From the NCBI GenBank assembly GCA_001600815.1, contig BCKZ01000001.1:1521389-1585388 (forward strand): 64,000 bases of DNA, given 5' to 3'. The stretch's first letter is position 1, and each line of letters opens with the position of its first letter. The DNA comes from Alloascoidea hylecoeti (taxonomy: Eukaryota). A program made the position numbers and the translations under genes. Below, piece by piece: positions 53,429-64,000 of the stretch. The notes beneath the pieces were generated by a model. It saw only the letters and a program-made list of their open reading frames with translations, made no database searches and was not told the origin of the DNA.

Positions 53429-54333
53429 AGAGACTAACGAATGAAATGAAAGAATGAAATAAAATTTATTTCACATTAACATATTGTTGAGGAAGTATTT
53501 ATTATAACGTTGAATTTTTATGGGTCGATATTTTTTTGTTCTATATTATTTGTTTCATACTATTTATTTATTTTATATATGAGGATTGAAAAATCACTAC
53601 TTATATCTCTAAACTATATATACTTATACTTAACTACTTATACTACATTAGCCGTAGACATAAATGTTAACTGATTAGGTGACAACTTGAAGAAAATGAC
53701 GAAGTCTCATTCAAACCATTTTTAAGCTAAGACTATCAGTTTTAAAGTTTCACTGGGTATAGTTACTACTACGGTGGGTAGCATATGTTTGTTGGATTCT
53801 TTAGAAGGTTTTGTTTTAACACTAAGCAAATATCGTTTAGTGTTAACAACAAGCCAGTCACTCTGCAGAATCCAGATAATAATGGGAAATGGAGATGTAC
53901 TTTGTGGCACCTCTTTCCCGGAACTTTCCACCAAAATATTCGGGGTTTTACCAGCTGTAGATAATCAGCACGTGATTGGAGATCTTTTTAACGAAATTAG
54001 AAATAAAGCCGGTAGACGCATGAAATAGACCATGAAGAATTCTATCTTCTAAATTCTTTATAATTGAAATGCCAATTAAGTAGAATGCCTTCATTCCCTT
54101 CCGAAGGATATGTTTGTTAGTCTTATTTATATTCTGATTTTATATCGCTATTAACGGGTAACACCCATCTTTTATATGTCAAATTACCCTGCTTTTTCAT
54201 GCGGATTGAAATTGCGCCGGAGTTTAGAATTGTCCCGGAGTTTATAATTATCAGATGGGGATTATAAAATTAAGGCTTTTTTCTTTACATCTTACACAAA
54301 CACACATCAACGCATATTAATTTTAAGTGAAAA

Positions 54334-55320
54334 ATGGAGGAACCTGTCTTAGCAATTCCATTTAATTCGGGGGATCAACGGGGATCTGATATTTCAACAA
54401 ATAAATCTAATCCGGAGTATGATTATGAAGAACTTCCAGATTCGTCCATGACTGCCAATATGTGTGCTGGTGCCTTTGCTGGAATAATGGAACATACTTT
54501 AATATATCCAATCGATGTTCTTAAGACACGAATGCAAATGATAACAACTAATGGGTTGGGTAAAAATGGAAGTTCTTCACTTATTAAAGCGTTGACTAAA
54601 ATTTCGGCAAGTGAAGGTGCATTGTCTTTATGGAGTGGGGTTTCTTCTATGATTTTAGGTGCTGGGCCAGCCCACGCCGTTTATTTTGGCGTTTATGAAT
54701 ATTCAAAAAATGGTTTATTAGAACATTATGGCTTTAAAAATGATAAAAATCATCATCCTATGATCACATCTGTTGCAGGTGTGGCAGCTACCGTTACAAG
54801 TGAAGCTGTACTAAACCCTTTTGACGTTGTTAAGCAACGGATGCAGTTGCATAATAATAATTTGAACCTATGGCGGACGAGTTTAGGAATCTTTCGCAAT
54901 GAAGGTATTGGTGCGTTTTATTTGAGTTATCCAACTACGGTTGCAATGAATATCCCTTTTCATGTTCTTAACTTTACCGTTTATGAATCAAGTTTGAAAA
55001 TATTAAATCCATCCTCTGGTTATAATCCTATAGTTCATTGTATCGCTGGCGGAATAGCAGGTGCTGTATCTGCGCTAGCTACTACACCATTGGATTGTAT
55101 TAAAACTTTTTTACAAACAAAGGGTATTGCACGAGAAGAAAGGATACGAAATGTTTCTTCTTTTAAACAAGCAATTAAAACAATGTATGAAATTGAAGGG
55201 TTAAAAGGATTCACAAAAGGTTGGAAACCACGGATCGTAGCTAATATTCCTTCAACCGCTATTAGTTGGAGTGCCTATGAAATGGCTAAGTTTTATCTTA
55301 ACAATTCAAATAGTAAATAA
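54334..55320 (+). CDS. MRS3/MRS4: Mitochondrial iron carrier (mitoferrin, Mrs3/Mrs4 family)
   Basis: DYEELP..AGAFAGIMEH..YPID..KTRMQ, GAGPAHAVYF..YE, three carrier repeats. Confidence 0.93.
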   Translation: MEEPVLAIPFNSGDQRGSDISTNKSNPEYDYEELPDSSMTANMCAGAFAGIMEHTLIYPIDVLKTRMQMITTNGLGKNGSSSLIKALTKISASEGALSLWSGVSSMILGAGPAHAVYFGVYEYSKNGLLEHYGFKNDKNHHPMITSVAGVAATVTSEAVLNPFDVVKQRMQLHNNNLNLWRTSLGIFRNEGIGAFYLSYPTTVAMNIPFHVLNFTVYESSLKILNPSSGYNPIVHCIAGGIAGAVSALATTPLDCIKTFLQTKGIAREERIRNVSSFKQAIKTMYEIEGLKGFTKGWKPRIVANIPSTAISWSAYEMAKFYLNNSNSK

Positions 55321-55621
55321 TGAAGAAGTGATGGTTATGTTTTATCTTAATAAACAAATAGTAAAATAATCGAGTGGTAATGGTGAACTTTATATATAAT
55401 TCAATAGTGTATTATAACTTTGCATATAATTTCCATTTTTAAATTTTTTCTATCTAGAACTGTTTTTCTATTTGTATTTCTAATAAATGAAACTTTCTCG
55501 CTTAGCTCTTCTAGAATACCTTTAACTATGGAAGCATTATAATTATAACAGAAAAAAATAAAATAAAAAACATTAACTAACATGTAGGCCTATATTATAT
55601 ATTATTATATTTTCAGATCTA

Positions 55622-56917
55622 TCAAACAGCTTTAGCCATTGATTTACCAGTCTCAGTACAAATTTTAGAATATTCTTGTAAACTAACTGCATCAGCACCT
55701 TCTCTAATTCTTTCTTCCATTGTTTCATTATCACCTAATCTACTTCTTTTTATATAACCTTTAACAATAGGCCAAAAATCTTCAATAGCATTAAAGTCTG
55801 AACTTTGTGGTGGTAAAAATAAACAACGAAATTTATTTGATTCAATAACATCTGCTATATTCCGTTGATTATCAAATGGAACATTTTCTAATAATATAAA
55901 ACTATCATTATATTGATTATCAGTATTTAATTCTTCAACTAATGATTGAATAAAATTTAAATAATGAGAAGTTGAACCACTTAAAAAATTATCATTTAAA
56001 ATAGATCCATCAATTAATTTTCTTCTTTTATAATAAGGTGAAGAAGAATCTGGAGCGGCTCTTTTATATTTTACTTCAAAATGTAATGGACCATTGGCAC
56101 TAATTGCACCCAAAACAGTCGTTGTTGTTGTTCGTAAAACTGGTGCTTTTTCTGAAGATCTTTGTCCTGATTTATCCCATCTTAAAGATCTCATTAAACT
56201 GACATTAAAAGTTGCTTCACCAACAAATATACAATTTTTATTTGGGTTTATATCTTTAGACCATCTTTTAATCCAATCAGATCTTTCTTTTGAGATTTGA
56301 GAATCAGATAAAAAATTCCCATTTGAATTTGATTTTAATTTTTTTGATAAATTTAGTGATAAATAACAATATTCTTTTATAAATTTATTAATACCAGATT
56401 TTGAAATTTGTAAATCTTTATAAACGTTTGTTAATTTATCAAATAATTCTGTAATTGTAATTGATGGATTATCATCAATTTCATTAATTAAAATTTTTGT
56501 TTGTTCATTTGTTAATTTTGGAATATCTGGTCTACGACCACCTTTTGATTTTTCTTTTGTAAATGCATAATCTGGTTGTTTTTCATCTTCTTTTAACCAT
56601 CTTCTAACAGTTGTTAATGGAATTCCCATTTTTAAAGCTGCATCTCTTGCTGTCATTGCTCTATTATGAACTAAGAAGAAAATATCAGATTTATCCTCTG
56701 GTTTATAACGCCTATATATTAATTTACCAGAAGAATCTCTTTTAGTCAGAGTTGTAGGTTCATCATTATTTTCATTACCAGTTTCTTCATTTGATTCACG
56801 GAGTGGTTTGTCTGGTTTATCAACGGAAATATCAGTTTCTTCAGGGGAATGGTGGGGTTCAGAAAGCTGTTGCTCTTGTTCAACAGGATTGTCATTACCA
56901 CGAATTCTTTCAGTCAT
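55622..56917 (-). CDS. Intact Tc1/IS630-family transposase-derived ORF with substituted catalytic residues (probably domesticated)
   Basis: HTH (AALKMGIPLTTVRRW), GGRRP..L, second HTH, IFVGEATF (D->G), LLENVPFD (D->E; cf. MDNAPIH), FLPPQSSDFNAIEDFW. Confidence 0.85.
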   Translation of the reverse strand: MTERIRGNDNPVEQEQQLSEPHHSPEETDISVDKPDKPLRESNEETGNENNDEPTTLTKRDSSGKLIYRRYKPEDKSDIFFLVHNRAMTARDAALKMGIPLTTVRRWLKEDEKQPDYAFTKEKSKGGRRPDIPKLTNEQTKILINEIDDNPSITITELFDKLTNVYKDLQISKSGINKFIKEYCYLSLNLSKKLKSNSNGNFLSDSQISKERSDWIKRWSKDINPNKNCIFVGEATFNVSLMRSLRWDKSGQRSSEKAPVLRTTTTTVLGAISANGPLHFEVKYKRAAPDSSSPYYKRRKLIDGSILNDNFLSGSTSHYLNFIQSLVEELNTDNQYNDSFILLENVPFDNQRNIADVIESNKFRCLFLPPQSSDFNAIEDFWPIVKGYIKRSRLGDNETMEERIREGADAVSLQEYSKICTETGKSMAKAV

Positions 56918-58122
56918 TATTTATCATGAATAATTAACATATAAATTTAAGATAGTATCAATTTTTTTATAAACAATCCAATATATAGTTTAATATATAT
57001 GTTTTTGTGTTTTATATATAAAGATGTGTTTAGGTTAAAATTGTTGTTTAGCAAGAATAAAGGTTGGTACGTTTCAACCTGGAAATATGGACGATTGGGA
57101 GAAAAGAAAATGACACACCACCCACAAATTTCTACCTGCATGAAGTGTCAATCAATGGCACGTGATGCAAAGCGAATAATGAGCACCCTGAAAGGAATAT
57201 GATTGGTCCGTTTTAGATAGAAGGCTTACATTAGTGTAAAAGACTAAAATGTTCAATTGCAAATATTTCAATATTGGTATTAATGTTAATTATATAGAAT
57301 GTGAATTTGATCAACTATCTATAATTGGTAGCAAAAAAACAATGAATCAAATTGGAGGCGGAATCTTGTATATTAATGGAATTAACAGTTAATTTGAATA
57401 AACTGATATAACTAAACTAAATCCACCGATACAACTAAAAGGCGTCAGTACTGATATCTTTTCTAAATACTGTACTGGTTAACTATTGCAATTAATTGCC
57501 AATTCTAACTGCAAAAAAATAGAATTCAGTTGCTTGCAATTGTACCGTATGTCATAACGTTCATTGATTATTTATAAATTTGAAAGAGTTATCTTATTTA
57601 TAGCGACAGCCTATGTAGTATAAAAATAGTACTAAATCTACGGGTTGATATCCTCGGAGTTACTAATTTTGTTACTTTCCTAACATTGTTATGGACGTTG
57701 TAGCTTCAACCTCTGTTTGGAGATCATGGCATCACATGAATCTGATCAGGTGACCCTCTGTTCCCATTACTATAAGCTTATCTCACCTTCTCCAGTCCCA
57801 TATTATACTTATATCCGATTATGTTACATTACTAATACATAACTGGGATTCTCTAAGGTCCATATCTCACTCTGTTTATTCCGTAGTTCCACTCCAACTA
57901 CCACATTGGGTTGTGCCCGAGCCGACTCGGCTAACTGCGTTTACCCGTTAACAAACCTCCAAGCTTCATCCCCTCAATTTAGTTTAGTGTTAAGAATAGA
58001 GTTAGCCGAACATCGCAGTTTTATAACCTCTATATAAAGCTTACATAGTCCTTGCATTTCAGCCTTAGAACGTTATAAGAATAATTTCTTCAACGATATC
58101 AACTTCATATACGTATTTACAA

Positions 58123-59793
58123 ATGCTCAGATCTAAAGCTCTTTCTTTATCACGTTCACACAACTGTACGCGTCCACTTAGAATGTATTCTTCAGAAGCA
58201 CTTAACAAAACCACCCAAGAACTTCAATCATGGTTTGATTCAGATCGTTTTAAAGATGTGTATCGTCCATATACAGCAGCTCAAGTGTCACAACATAGAG
58301 GTTCATTCCCTGTAATCCCACCTCAATCATCAGTAACAGCAAATAAATTATGGAATTTATTAAATGATAATTTTAAAAAAGGGTTACCTGTTCATACAAT
58401 TGGATCTGTTGATCCTGTTCAAATGTCACAATCTGTTAAAAATCAACAGGTTGTTTATGTTTCTGGTTGGGCATGTTCATCACTATTAACCACTACTAAT
58501 GAAGTTGGTCCTGATTTTGGTGATTATCCATATGATACTGTACCAAATCAAGTTGAAAGATTATTTAAAGCACAATTATTACATGATAGGAAAGAAACTT
58601 TCCATTATAATGAATGTTTACAAAAAGGAAAAGAATCAGAATTTATTGATTATATGAGACCAATCATTGCAGATGCTGATACAGGGCATGGTGGTATCAC
58701 AACAGTTATGAAATTAGCTAAATTATTTGCTGAAAATGGAGCAGCAGCAATTCATTTAGAAGATCAATTACATGGAGGTAAAAAATGTGGACATTTAGGG
58801 GGTAAAGTAATTGTCCCAACATCAACTCATATAACAAGATTAATTGCAACTAGATTTCAATGGGATTTAATGAATTCAGGAAATTTAGTTATTGCAAGAA
58901 CAGATAGTGAAAGTTCAAGATTATTAAGTAGTTCAATTGATCCAAGTGATCATGAATTTATTTTAGGAACTACTACAAAAGACTCAAAACCATTATCTGA
59001 AGTTTTATTAAAAGCAAAACAAAATGGATCAAATTCAAAAGAAATTGAAGAGTTAGAATCAAAATGGCTTGCTGAAAATGGACCTTTAGTTACAATAGAT
59101 GAAGCGGTTGAACAATTCCTTTCATCAATTAATTCAAGTCAATTAACTGGTGAAGTTTTCAGAAAAGAGACATTAGGTAAATCATTAACAGATAAATTAG
59201 AATATTTAAAATCCAAACTTGATGCAGAAGCATATTCTAAATTTCATTTTGATTGGGATTCACCAAGAACTTTAGAAGGATATTATCATGTTAAACCAGG
59301 TACAGATGTTGCAATTAAAAGAACATTAGCATATGCACCATACTCTGATTTATTATGGCTTGAAACTAAAAAACCAGATTTAAAACAAGCACAAGAAATT
59401 GCAGCAAAGATTCATTCAAAATATCCTTCCAAAATGTTAGTTTATAATTTGAGTCCAAGTTTCAATTGGAGCGCACAAGGTTATAACGAGGAAGATTTAA
59501 AGAATTTTATTTGGGAGCTTGGGAAGAGTGGATTTACTTTACAATTAATTTCACTAGCTGGATTACATTCAAATGCAGTTGCAACGTGGGAATTATCGAA
59601 TAGATTTAAGACGGAGGGTATGAAAGCATATGTTGATCTTGTGCAGAACAAAGAACGGGAGCTGAAGTGCAATGTTCTGACACATCAGGTATGGAGTGGA
59701 GCCAACTACATTGACAGCATCGTCAACACAGTGCAAAGTAACGGGGCCAGCGGGAGCGCCGTTGGAGGTGACTCCACGGAACATGGCTTTTAA
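58123..59793 (+). CDS. ICL2: Mitochondrial 2-methylisocitrate lyase
   Basis: Presequence-like N-terminus, YVSGWACSS..T, PIIADADTGHGG, EDQLHGGKKCGHL (methylisocitrate-lyase type rather than TKKCGHM of ICL1). Confidence 0.88.
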   Translation: MLRSKALSLSRSHNCTRPLRMYSSEALNKTTQELQSWFDSDRFKDVYRPYTAAQVSQHRGSFPVIPPQSSVTANKLWNLLNDNFKKGLPVHTIGSVDPVQMSQSVKNQQVVYVSGWACSSLLTTTNEVGPDFGDYPYDTVPNQVERLFKAQLLHDRKETFHYNECLQKGKESEFIDYMRPIIADADTGHGGITTVMKLAKLFAENGAAAIHLEDQLHGGKKCGHLGGKVIVPTSTHITRLIATRFQWDLMNSGNLVIARTDSESSRLLSSSIDPSDHEFILGTTTKDSKPLSEVLLKAKQNGSNSKEIEELESKWLAENGPLVTIDEAVEQFLSSINSSQLTGEVFRKETLGKSLTDKLEYLKSKLDAEAYSKFHFDWDSPRTLEGYYHVKPGTDVAIKRTLAYAPYSDLLWLETKKPDLKQAQEIAAKIHSKYPSKMLVYNLSPSFNWSAQGYNEEDLKNFIWELGKSGFTLQLISLAGLHSNAVATWELSNRFKTEGMKAYVDLVQNKERELKCNVLTHQVWSGANYIDSIVNTVQSNGASGSAVGGDSTEHGF

Positions 59794-59946
59794 GTATGAG
59801 TATACATAGTAGGCGATTAGGTAATGTATTTGTATTAGTGAGTGTTTAGGTAATACTGATATTAGTAACCAATCATGTCATGAGGTGGGGCAGTGAGGGC
59901 TAACATATAAACTTCAAATTGAAAACATTCTTCATACAAAACTACA

Positions 59947-61362
59947 ATGGCCACGGCACCTGAGGATCCCTTCGCGGACAACTACGCCAACTACCCATCC
60001 CTCGACCCTTCACGTTCCGTCCCCTCTGCCGCTATCCCAAACCAGGAGCCCGCTCAGGTACCCACCCTGGAACCCACCCATGAACCCGCACAGGCACCCC
60101 CAGCCTCCAACGGCAAAGGGAAGGCCACTTTGACAGACCCACAGGATCAAACAGACTTTCAAACAGACTTTCAAACAGACCTTCAAACAGAAGATTACAA
60201 ATCTGTTTTTTTCCGTACAAAACTGATCTCATGGTATGACTCGGCTGGTAGTAATCATTTAAATTCAATTCTTTTACAGAATAATAATGGCCCATGTGCT
60301 CTTATCGCTTTGATAAATACTTTGATTTTATCTCATTCATCACAATCAAACAACCCGGAATTTTTGAGTCGTAATATTAACATTGACACTTTAACAAATT
60401 TATTAACAAGAGATGAAGTTAATTTAAAGCAATTATTGGAAGTATTAGGTGACATATTATTAACTTTTTATTCTCAAACTCAAAATCAAAATAACAACAA
60501 TCATAGTGATTTATCAAAAGTTTTACAATTATTACCAAATTTACATACTGGTTTAAATATTAATCCAGTTTTAACATCTGCAACTTTTAAAAGCCAAAAT
60601 AATGATAATGGAATTGATGAATTAGCTTTATTTAGATCTTATAAAGTCGATATTGTTCATGGTTGGATAGCAGATCCTTCAGATTATGAATATAAAGTAA
60701 TTGAAGAAACTGGTTCTTATGAAGATTGTCAAAATTTACTAGTTTCAGCCTCAACAAATAATGATTCATCAATTGATGCTGGTGGTTCAAGTAATTTAAA
60801 TAATTTACATGAAAGGGCAAATTTAGTACGTGCTTTTCTAGGAAGAACAGCAACCCAATTAACTGAATATGGTTTAGATTATTTACTAAATTTATTACAA
60901 CATGGTTCCTTTGCTGTCTTATTCAGAAATGATCATTTTTCAACAATTATTAGACGTGGTGACATGTTATATTCATTAATTACTGACTCTGGCTTAGCTA
61001 ATCAAATTAAAGGTGAAATGGTTTGGGAAGGTTTAAAACTTGGTGGTGATGGTTTATTTTATAATGGAATGTTTGAACCTGTTCATACTAATGCCAGTGG
61101 TGATTTAACTGATGGGAATCTTGATGCTTTTGGAACTCAAGAAGATGAAGATTTAGCTTTAGCTAAAGCCATTCAGGAACAAGAAGATGCTGATTATGCA
61201 AAAGAATGGCAACAAAGAGAAGAAAAAATGGCAAGACAACGTAATCAACCACGTAATCAACGACAAAATAGATCTTCAACAAATAGACCTGTTTCTGGTG
61301 CAATTGGTAATGCTAATAAAAATAAAAAGAAATCTAAAAGCAAAGGTTGCGTTATCATGTGA
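59947..61362 (+). CDS. MIY1: MINDY-family K48 deubiquitinase with MIU-like motif and CaaX tail
   Basis: QNNNGPCALIAL (catalytic Q/C), VHGW, LFRNDHFST (catalytic H), QEDEDLALAKAIQEQE, KKKSKSKGCVIM. Confidence 0.85.
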   Translation: MATAPEDPFADNYANYPSLDPSRSVPSAAIPNQEPAQVPTLEPTHEPAQAPPASNGKGKATLTDPQDQTDFQTDFQTDLQTEDYKSVFFRTKLISWYDSAGSNHLNSILLQNNNGPCALIALINTLILSHSSQSNNPEFLSRNINIDTLTNLLTRDEVNLKQLLEVLGDILLTFYSQTQNQNNNNHSDLSKVLQLLPNLHTGLNINPVLTSATFKSQNNDNGIDELALFRSYKVDIVHGWIADPSDYEYKVIEETGSYEDCQNLLVSASTNNDSSIDAGGSSNLNNLHERANLVRAFLGRTATQLTEYGLDYLLNLLQHGSFAVLFRNDHFSTIIRRGDMLYSLITDSGLANQIKGEMVWEGLKLGGDGLFYNGMFEPVHTNASGDLTDGNLDAFGTQEDEDLALAKAIQEQEDADYAKEWQQREEKMARQRNQPRNQRQNRSSTNRPVSGAIGNANKNKKKSKSKGCVIM

Positions 61363-62361
61363 AAAATTTACGTATACATTTTTAATTTTGTATTAAATTA
61401 GTTTATTGAACTAATATCTTCATCCTGTTTTATATTTTTGTTAAAAAACTTCATTTGTTTGTTGTTTTATTTTATTTATTTAAAGTTTATGCTCTCATTC
61501 CTTTTTTCTCGATTATATATGTAATTAATTTATATTGCTTTAAAAATTTAAATGCTAGTATACTTATAATTTATTAAGTAATACAATTTGATCATGTTCT
61601 AAAGATTCTTTTCAGAATAAACCCATAAAATTAGGATAAGGGTTACTGTGTTTGTCTCAATTTAACAGTTACATCACAAATCAGTTGCAATATCAATCCC
61701 ATAATCGTTCTCTTATCTTATCTTAGCCTCCATCATAATTTTTCAACTTATTAAGAATTATAATTTTTACTGTCAATAGAAACATCGGCTATTCTTTTTT
61801 CTTTTATGTACTGTGTAGATAGATTTGGTGAAATGACAGTGTTCTATAGCTATAATACTAAATAAGAACAACAAACATAGTTCATATGTTCTTCACAAAT
61901 TAGTAATTGTTCAAATAGTTTTGATAGTTTTATAAGTAGGGAATTAGGATAGCTTTTTAATAATGATCAAAATGAGCCTAAGAACCAACAATGAATTGAT
62001 GGCAGAAATATTATCTCGACAGATCATCGAGAGAAGAAATGAAGAAAGTTAGAAAAGGCATCGATGTTTGAGTTGTTTTCAGAATTATTATTTAGAAAAA
62101 TGATGAAATATTATACTACTTATTTACGTTCATATTCATGTTTAAAATTTGATTTAAGATTTTCAATTAGTTAAATATATATTACATTACTTTCATTATT
62201 TAATTTACATAACAATACAGCTAGTTTCAAAATATAACATTAAAGGTCAAATAAGAAAAAACATTAGGTAAAGTCGAATGAACTATTAGATCAANGGGTC
62301 AATTATAAGATAGATATAAATAAAATAGGAGTAATAGTTATTCCAAGATAACAGAAGAGNC

Positions 62362-63084
62362 TTATTCCAATGCTCTGTTGCATGCATATGCTTCCTCTCC
62401 ACGTTTAAGACTTAGTAAAGGTCTAACATCGGTAACATGATTCAACCCTTTTAAAATGGGAATCAAATTTAGTAATTCAGAATCTGTGTGGTCATTAAAC
62501 CAACCTTTGATTCTGATGGAATTATCTTTGTTCATTGTGCAAGTTTTAAGAGAATCGTCGACGATTATGACTTTGCTGAGGTCAGGCTCAACGGTCGAAA
62601 TATCTTTAACATAATTTTTGTTCCTTGGGGATAAATATGAGATCAAGTTACAATCGTTGCGATATAACCTTTTAGTAAATTGGGTTCCTTCCCCTTCGAG
62701 CCAGTCAATTATTGGGTCGGCATATTGCTTTAAAGAAGCTGTGAAGATGACCAAATTGTACCACTGAGACACTTGCTTCAGAAATTCATCGCAGTAAGGT
62801 CTCTTGTAGACATGATATATACGGGATGAGTTGTTGTCCAATTTCACCTCAATCATCCGCATCTGGGACTGGGAAGCACCAATTTGAATGCGGCTTTCTT
62901 GTAAAAGCGAATGAATTAGGGTCTCGTCAAGATCAAGAATCAATGTTTTACGATAAAGCGGACGGAAAAATAGGTGCCGGGGAGGTACCAGCATTAGGAT
63001 CGATTGCATCATCTTTTGGGAGATGACTTTGAATGGGTTGGCCTCACCTGAGGATTGTAATTCGTAATCAATAGTAACGGTCAT
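62362..63084 (-). CDS. NIF/FCP1-family (Nem1-like) HAD phosphatase, catalytic domain only, copy A
   Basis: KTLILDLDETLIHS, VYKRPYCDEFL, LVIFTAS..YADPIIDWLE, YVKDIS.VEPDLSKV, GWFND, VTDVR.LLSL..GE; first ATG at 63084. Confidence 0.85.
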   Translation of the reverse strand: MTVTIDYELQSSGEANPFKVISQKMMQSILMLVPPRHLFFRPLYRKTLILDLDETLIHSLLQESRIQIGASQSQMRMIEVKLDNNSSRIYHVYKRPYCDEFLKQVSQWYNLVIFTASLKQYADPIIDWLEGEGTQFTKRLYRNDCNLISYLSPRNKNYVKDISTVEPDLSKVIIVDDSLKTCTMNKDNSIRIKGWFNDHTDSELLNLIPILKGLNHVTDVRPLLSLKRGEEAYACNRALE

Positions 63085-64000
63085 GATAATATTAAATAAA
63101 TAATAAGGAAAAGTAAGTGTAATATTTCTAGGAGCTAGAAATACACTCACTCCATGCCCTTTCCTATATGGGCATTAGTCAGGTATAAGCTTGTTCTAGG
63201 TTTGGATGTTTGCATAAACTCTCGAAAATACCACCAGAACACTCGAAAAAGTCCGTCTCTTTGATACAGACACCATAATTAAGATTATCCAAAACAACAT
63301 GTGAAGCATGCGGTATGTATTATATCCCTTCTTTTAATCTCCACCTTACGTTCCATAAATATAGTTCTTTCACTAGGTTTTAAAGACCTCCTCGATTATT
63401 CTAATTGAAAACATTGGACTAGATGCTCAACCAAGATTAAAAGAAGGGATATAATACATACCGCATGCTTCACATGTTGTTTTGGATAATCTTAATTATG
63501 GTGTCTGTATCAAAGAGACGGACTTTTTCGAGTGTTCTGGTGGTATTTTCGAGAGTTTATGCAAACATCCAAACCTAGAACAAGCTTATACCTGACTAAT
63601 GCCCATATAGGAAAGGGCATGGAGTGAGTGTATTTCTAGCTCCTAGAAATATTACACTTACTTTTCCTTATTATTTATTTAATATTATCATGACCGTTAC
63701 TATTGATTACGAATTACAATCCTCAGGTGAGGCCAACCCATTCAAAGTCATCTCCCAAAAGATGATGCAATCGATCCTAATGCTGGTACCTCCCCGGCAC
63801 CTATTTTTCCGTCCGCTTTATCGTAAAACATTGATTCTTGATCTTGACGAGACCCTAATTCATTCGCTTTTACAAGAAAGCCGCATTCAAATTGGTGCTT
63901 CCCAGTCCCAGATGCGGATGATTGAGGTGAAATTGGACAACAACTCATCCCGTATATATCATGTCTACAAGAGACCTTACTGCGATGAATTTCTGAAGCA
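62774..64000. repeat. Perfect inverted repeat: arms 62774..63340 and 63434..>64000 with a 93-bp unique spacer (63341..63433)
   Basis: 63434-64000 reads as the reverse complement of 62774-63340 (both ends checked; the mirrored 66-aa ORFs in the track are identical). Confidence 0.95.
63690..64000 (+). CDS. Nem1-like phosphatase copy B (mirror of copy A, runs off the right edge)
   Basis: MTVTIDYELQ..KTLILDLDETLIHS..VYKRPYCDEFLK, identical to copy A. Confidence 0.8.
   Translation, partial: MTVTIDYELQSSGEANPFKVISQKMMQSILMLVPPRHLFFRPLYRKTLILDLDETLIHSLLQESRIQIGASQSQMRMIEVKLDNNSSRIYHVYKRPYCDEFLK

Noticed and set aside
53700..53940. RNase MRP RNA (GGAAAGTTCC on the minus strand)
   Set aside because: The required P4 complementary strand does not pair convincingly.
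57450..57900. Possible Tc1 remnant (SIIWDW..KLIVM, *DNS) upstream of ICL2
   Set aside because: Too little signal to distinguish from chance.
62826..63948. Identical 66-aa ORF pair (MSCCPIS...)
   Set aside because: Antisense shadow of the phosphatase gene duplicated by the palindrome; no independent coding evidence.

Overview
AT-rich fungal nuclear DNA, most consistent with an intron-containing budding yeast (Saccharomycotina-like). Introns are short, with GTATGT/GTAAGT/GTGAGT donors and (T/G)CTAAC branch points. CTG codons fall at conserved Leu positions in CCT6 and ATG7, so the standard code applies. The window has three zones. (1) 1-27 kb is gene-poor: a YTH/RRM gene, a Zn2Cys6 factor with a sharp GC-rich 5' half, and a frameshifted OPT pseudogene sit among transposon relics. 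The relics are three co-oriented degenerate Tc1/mariner transposases, a LINE 3' end, and weaker pogo-, hAT- and copia-like traces; many of their differences are CpA/TpG->TpA, i.e. RIP-like. (2) 27-61.4 kb is a dense housekeeping block: DUF2406-like gene, tRNA-Ala(CGC), CCT6, SLY1, RVB1, GPN3, MSC2-like, TBC GAP, ATG7, GCN5, PUP2, SPC97, MRS3/4, ICL2 and MINDY/MIY. It also holds three intact, apparently domesticated transposon-derived genes: a BED finger, a 6x psq-HTH + CENP-B/Tc5 HTH protein, and a Tc1/IS630 transposase with a broken DDE triad. (3) 62.3-64 kb is a perfect inverted duplication (93-bp spacer) placing two copies of an N-terminally truncated Nem1-like phosphatase head-to-head. All homology calls are by-eye motif recognition; no searches were run.
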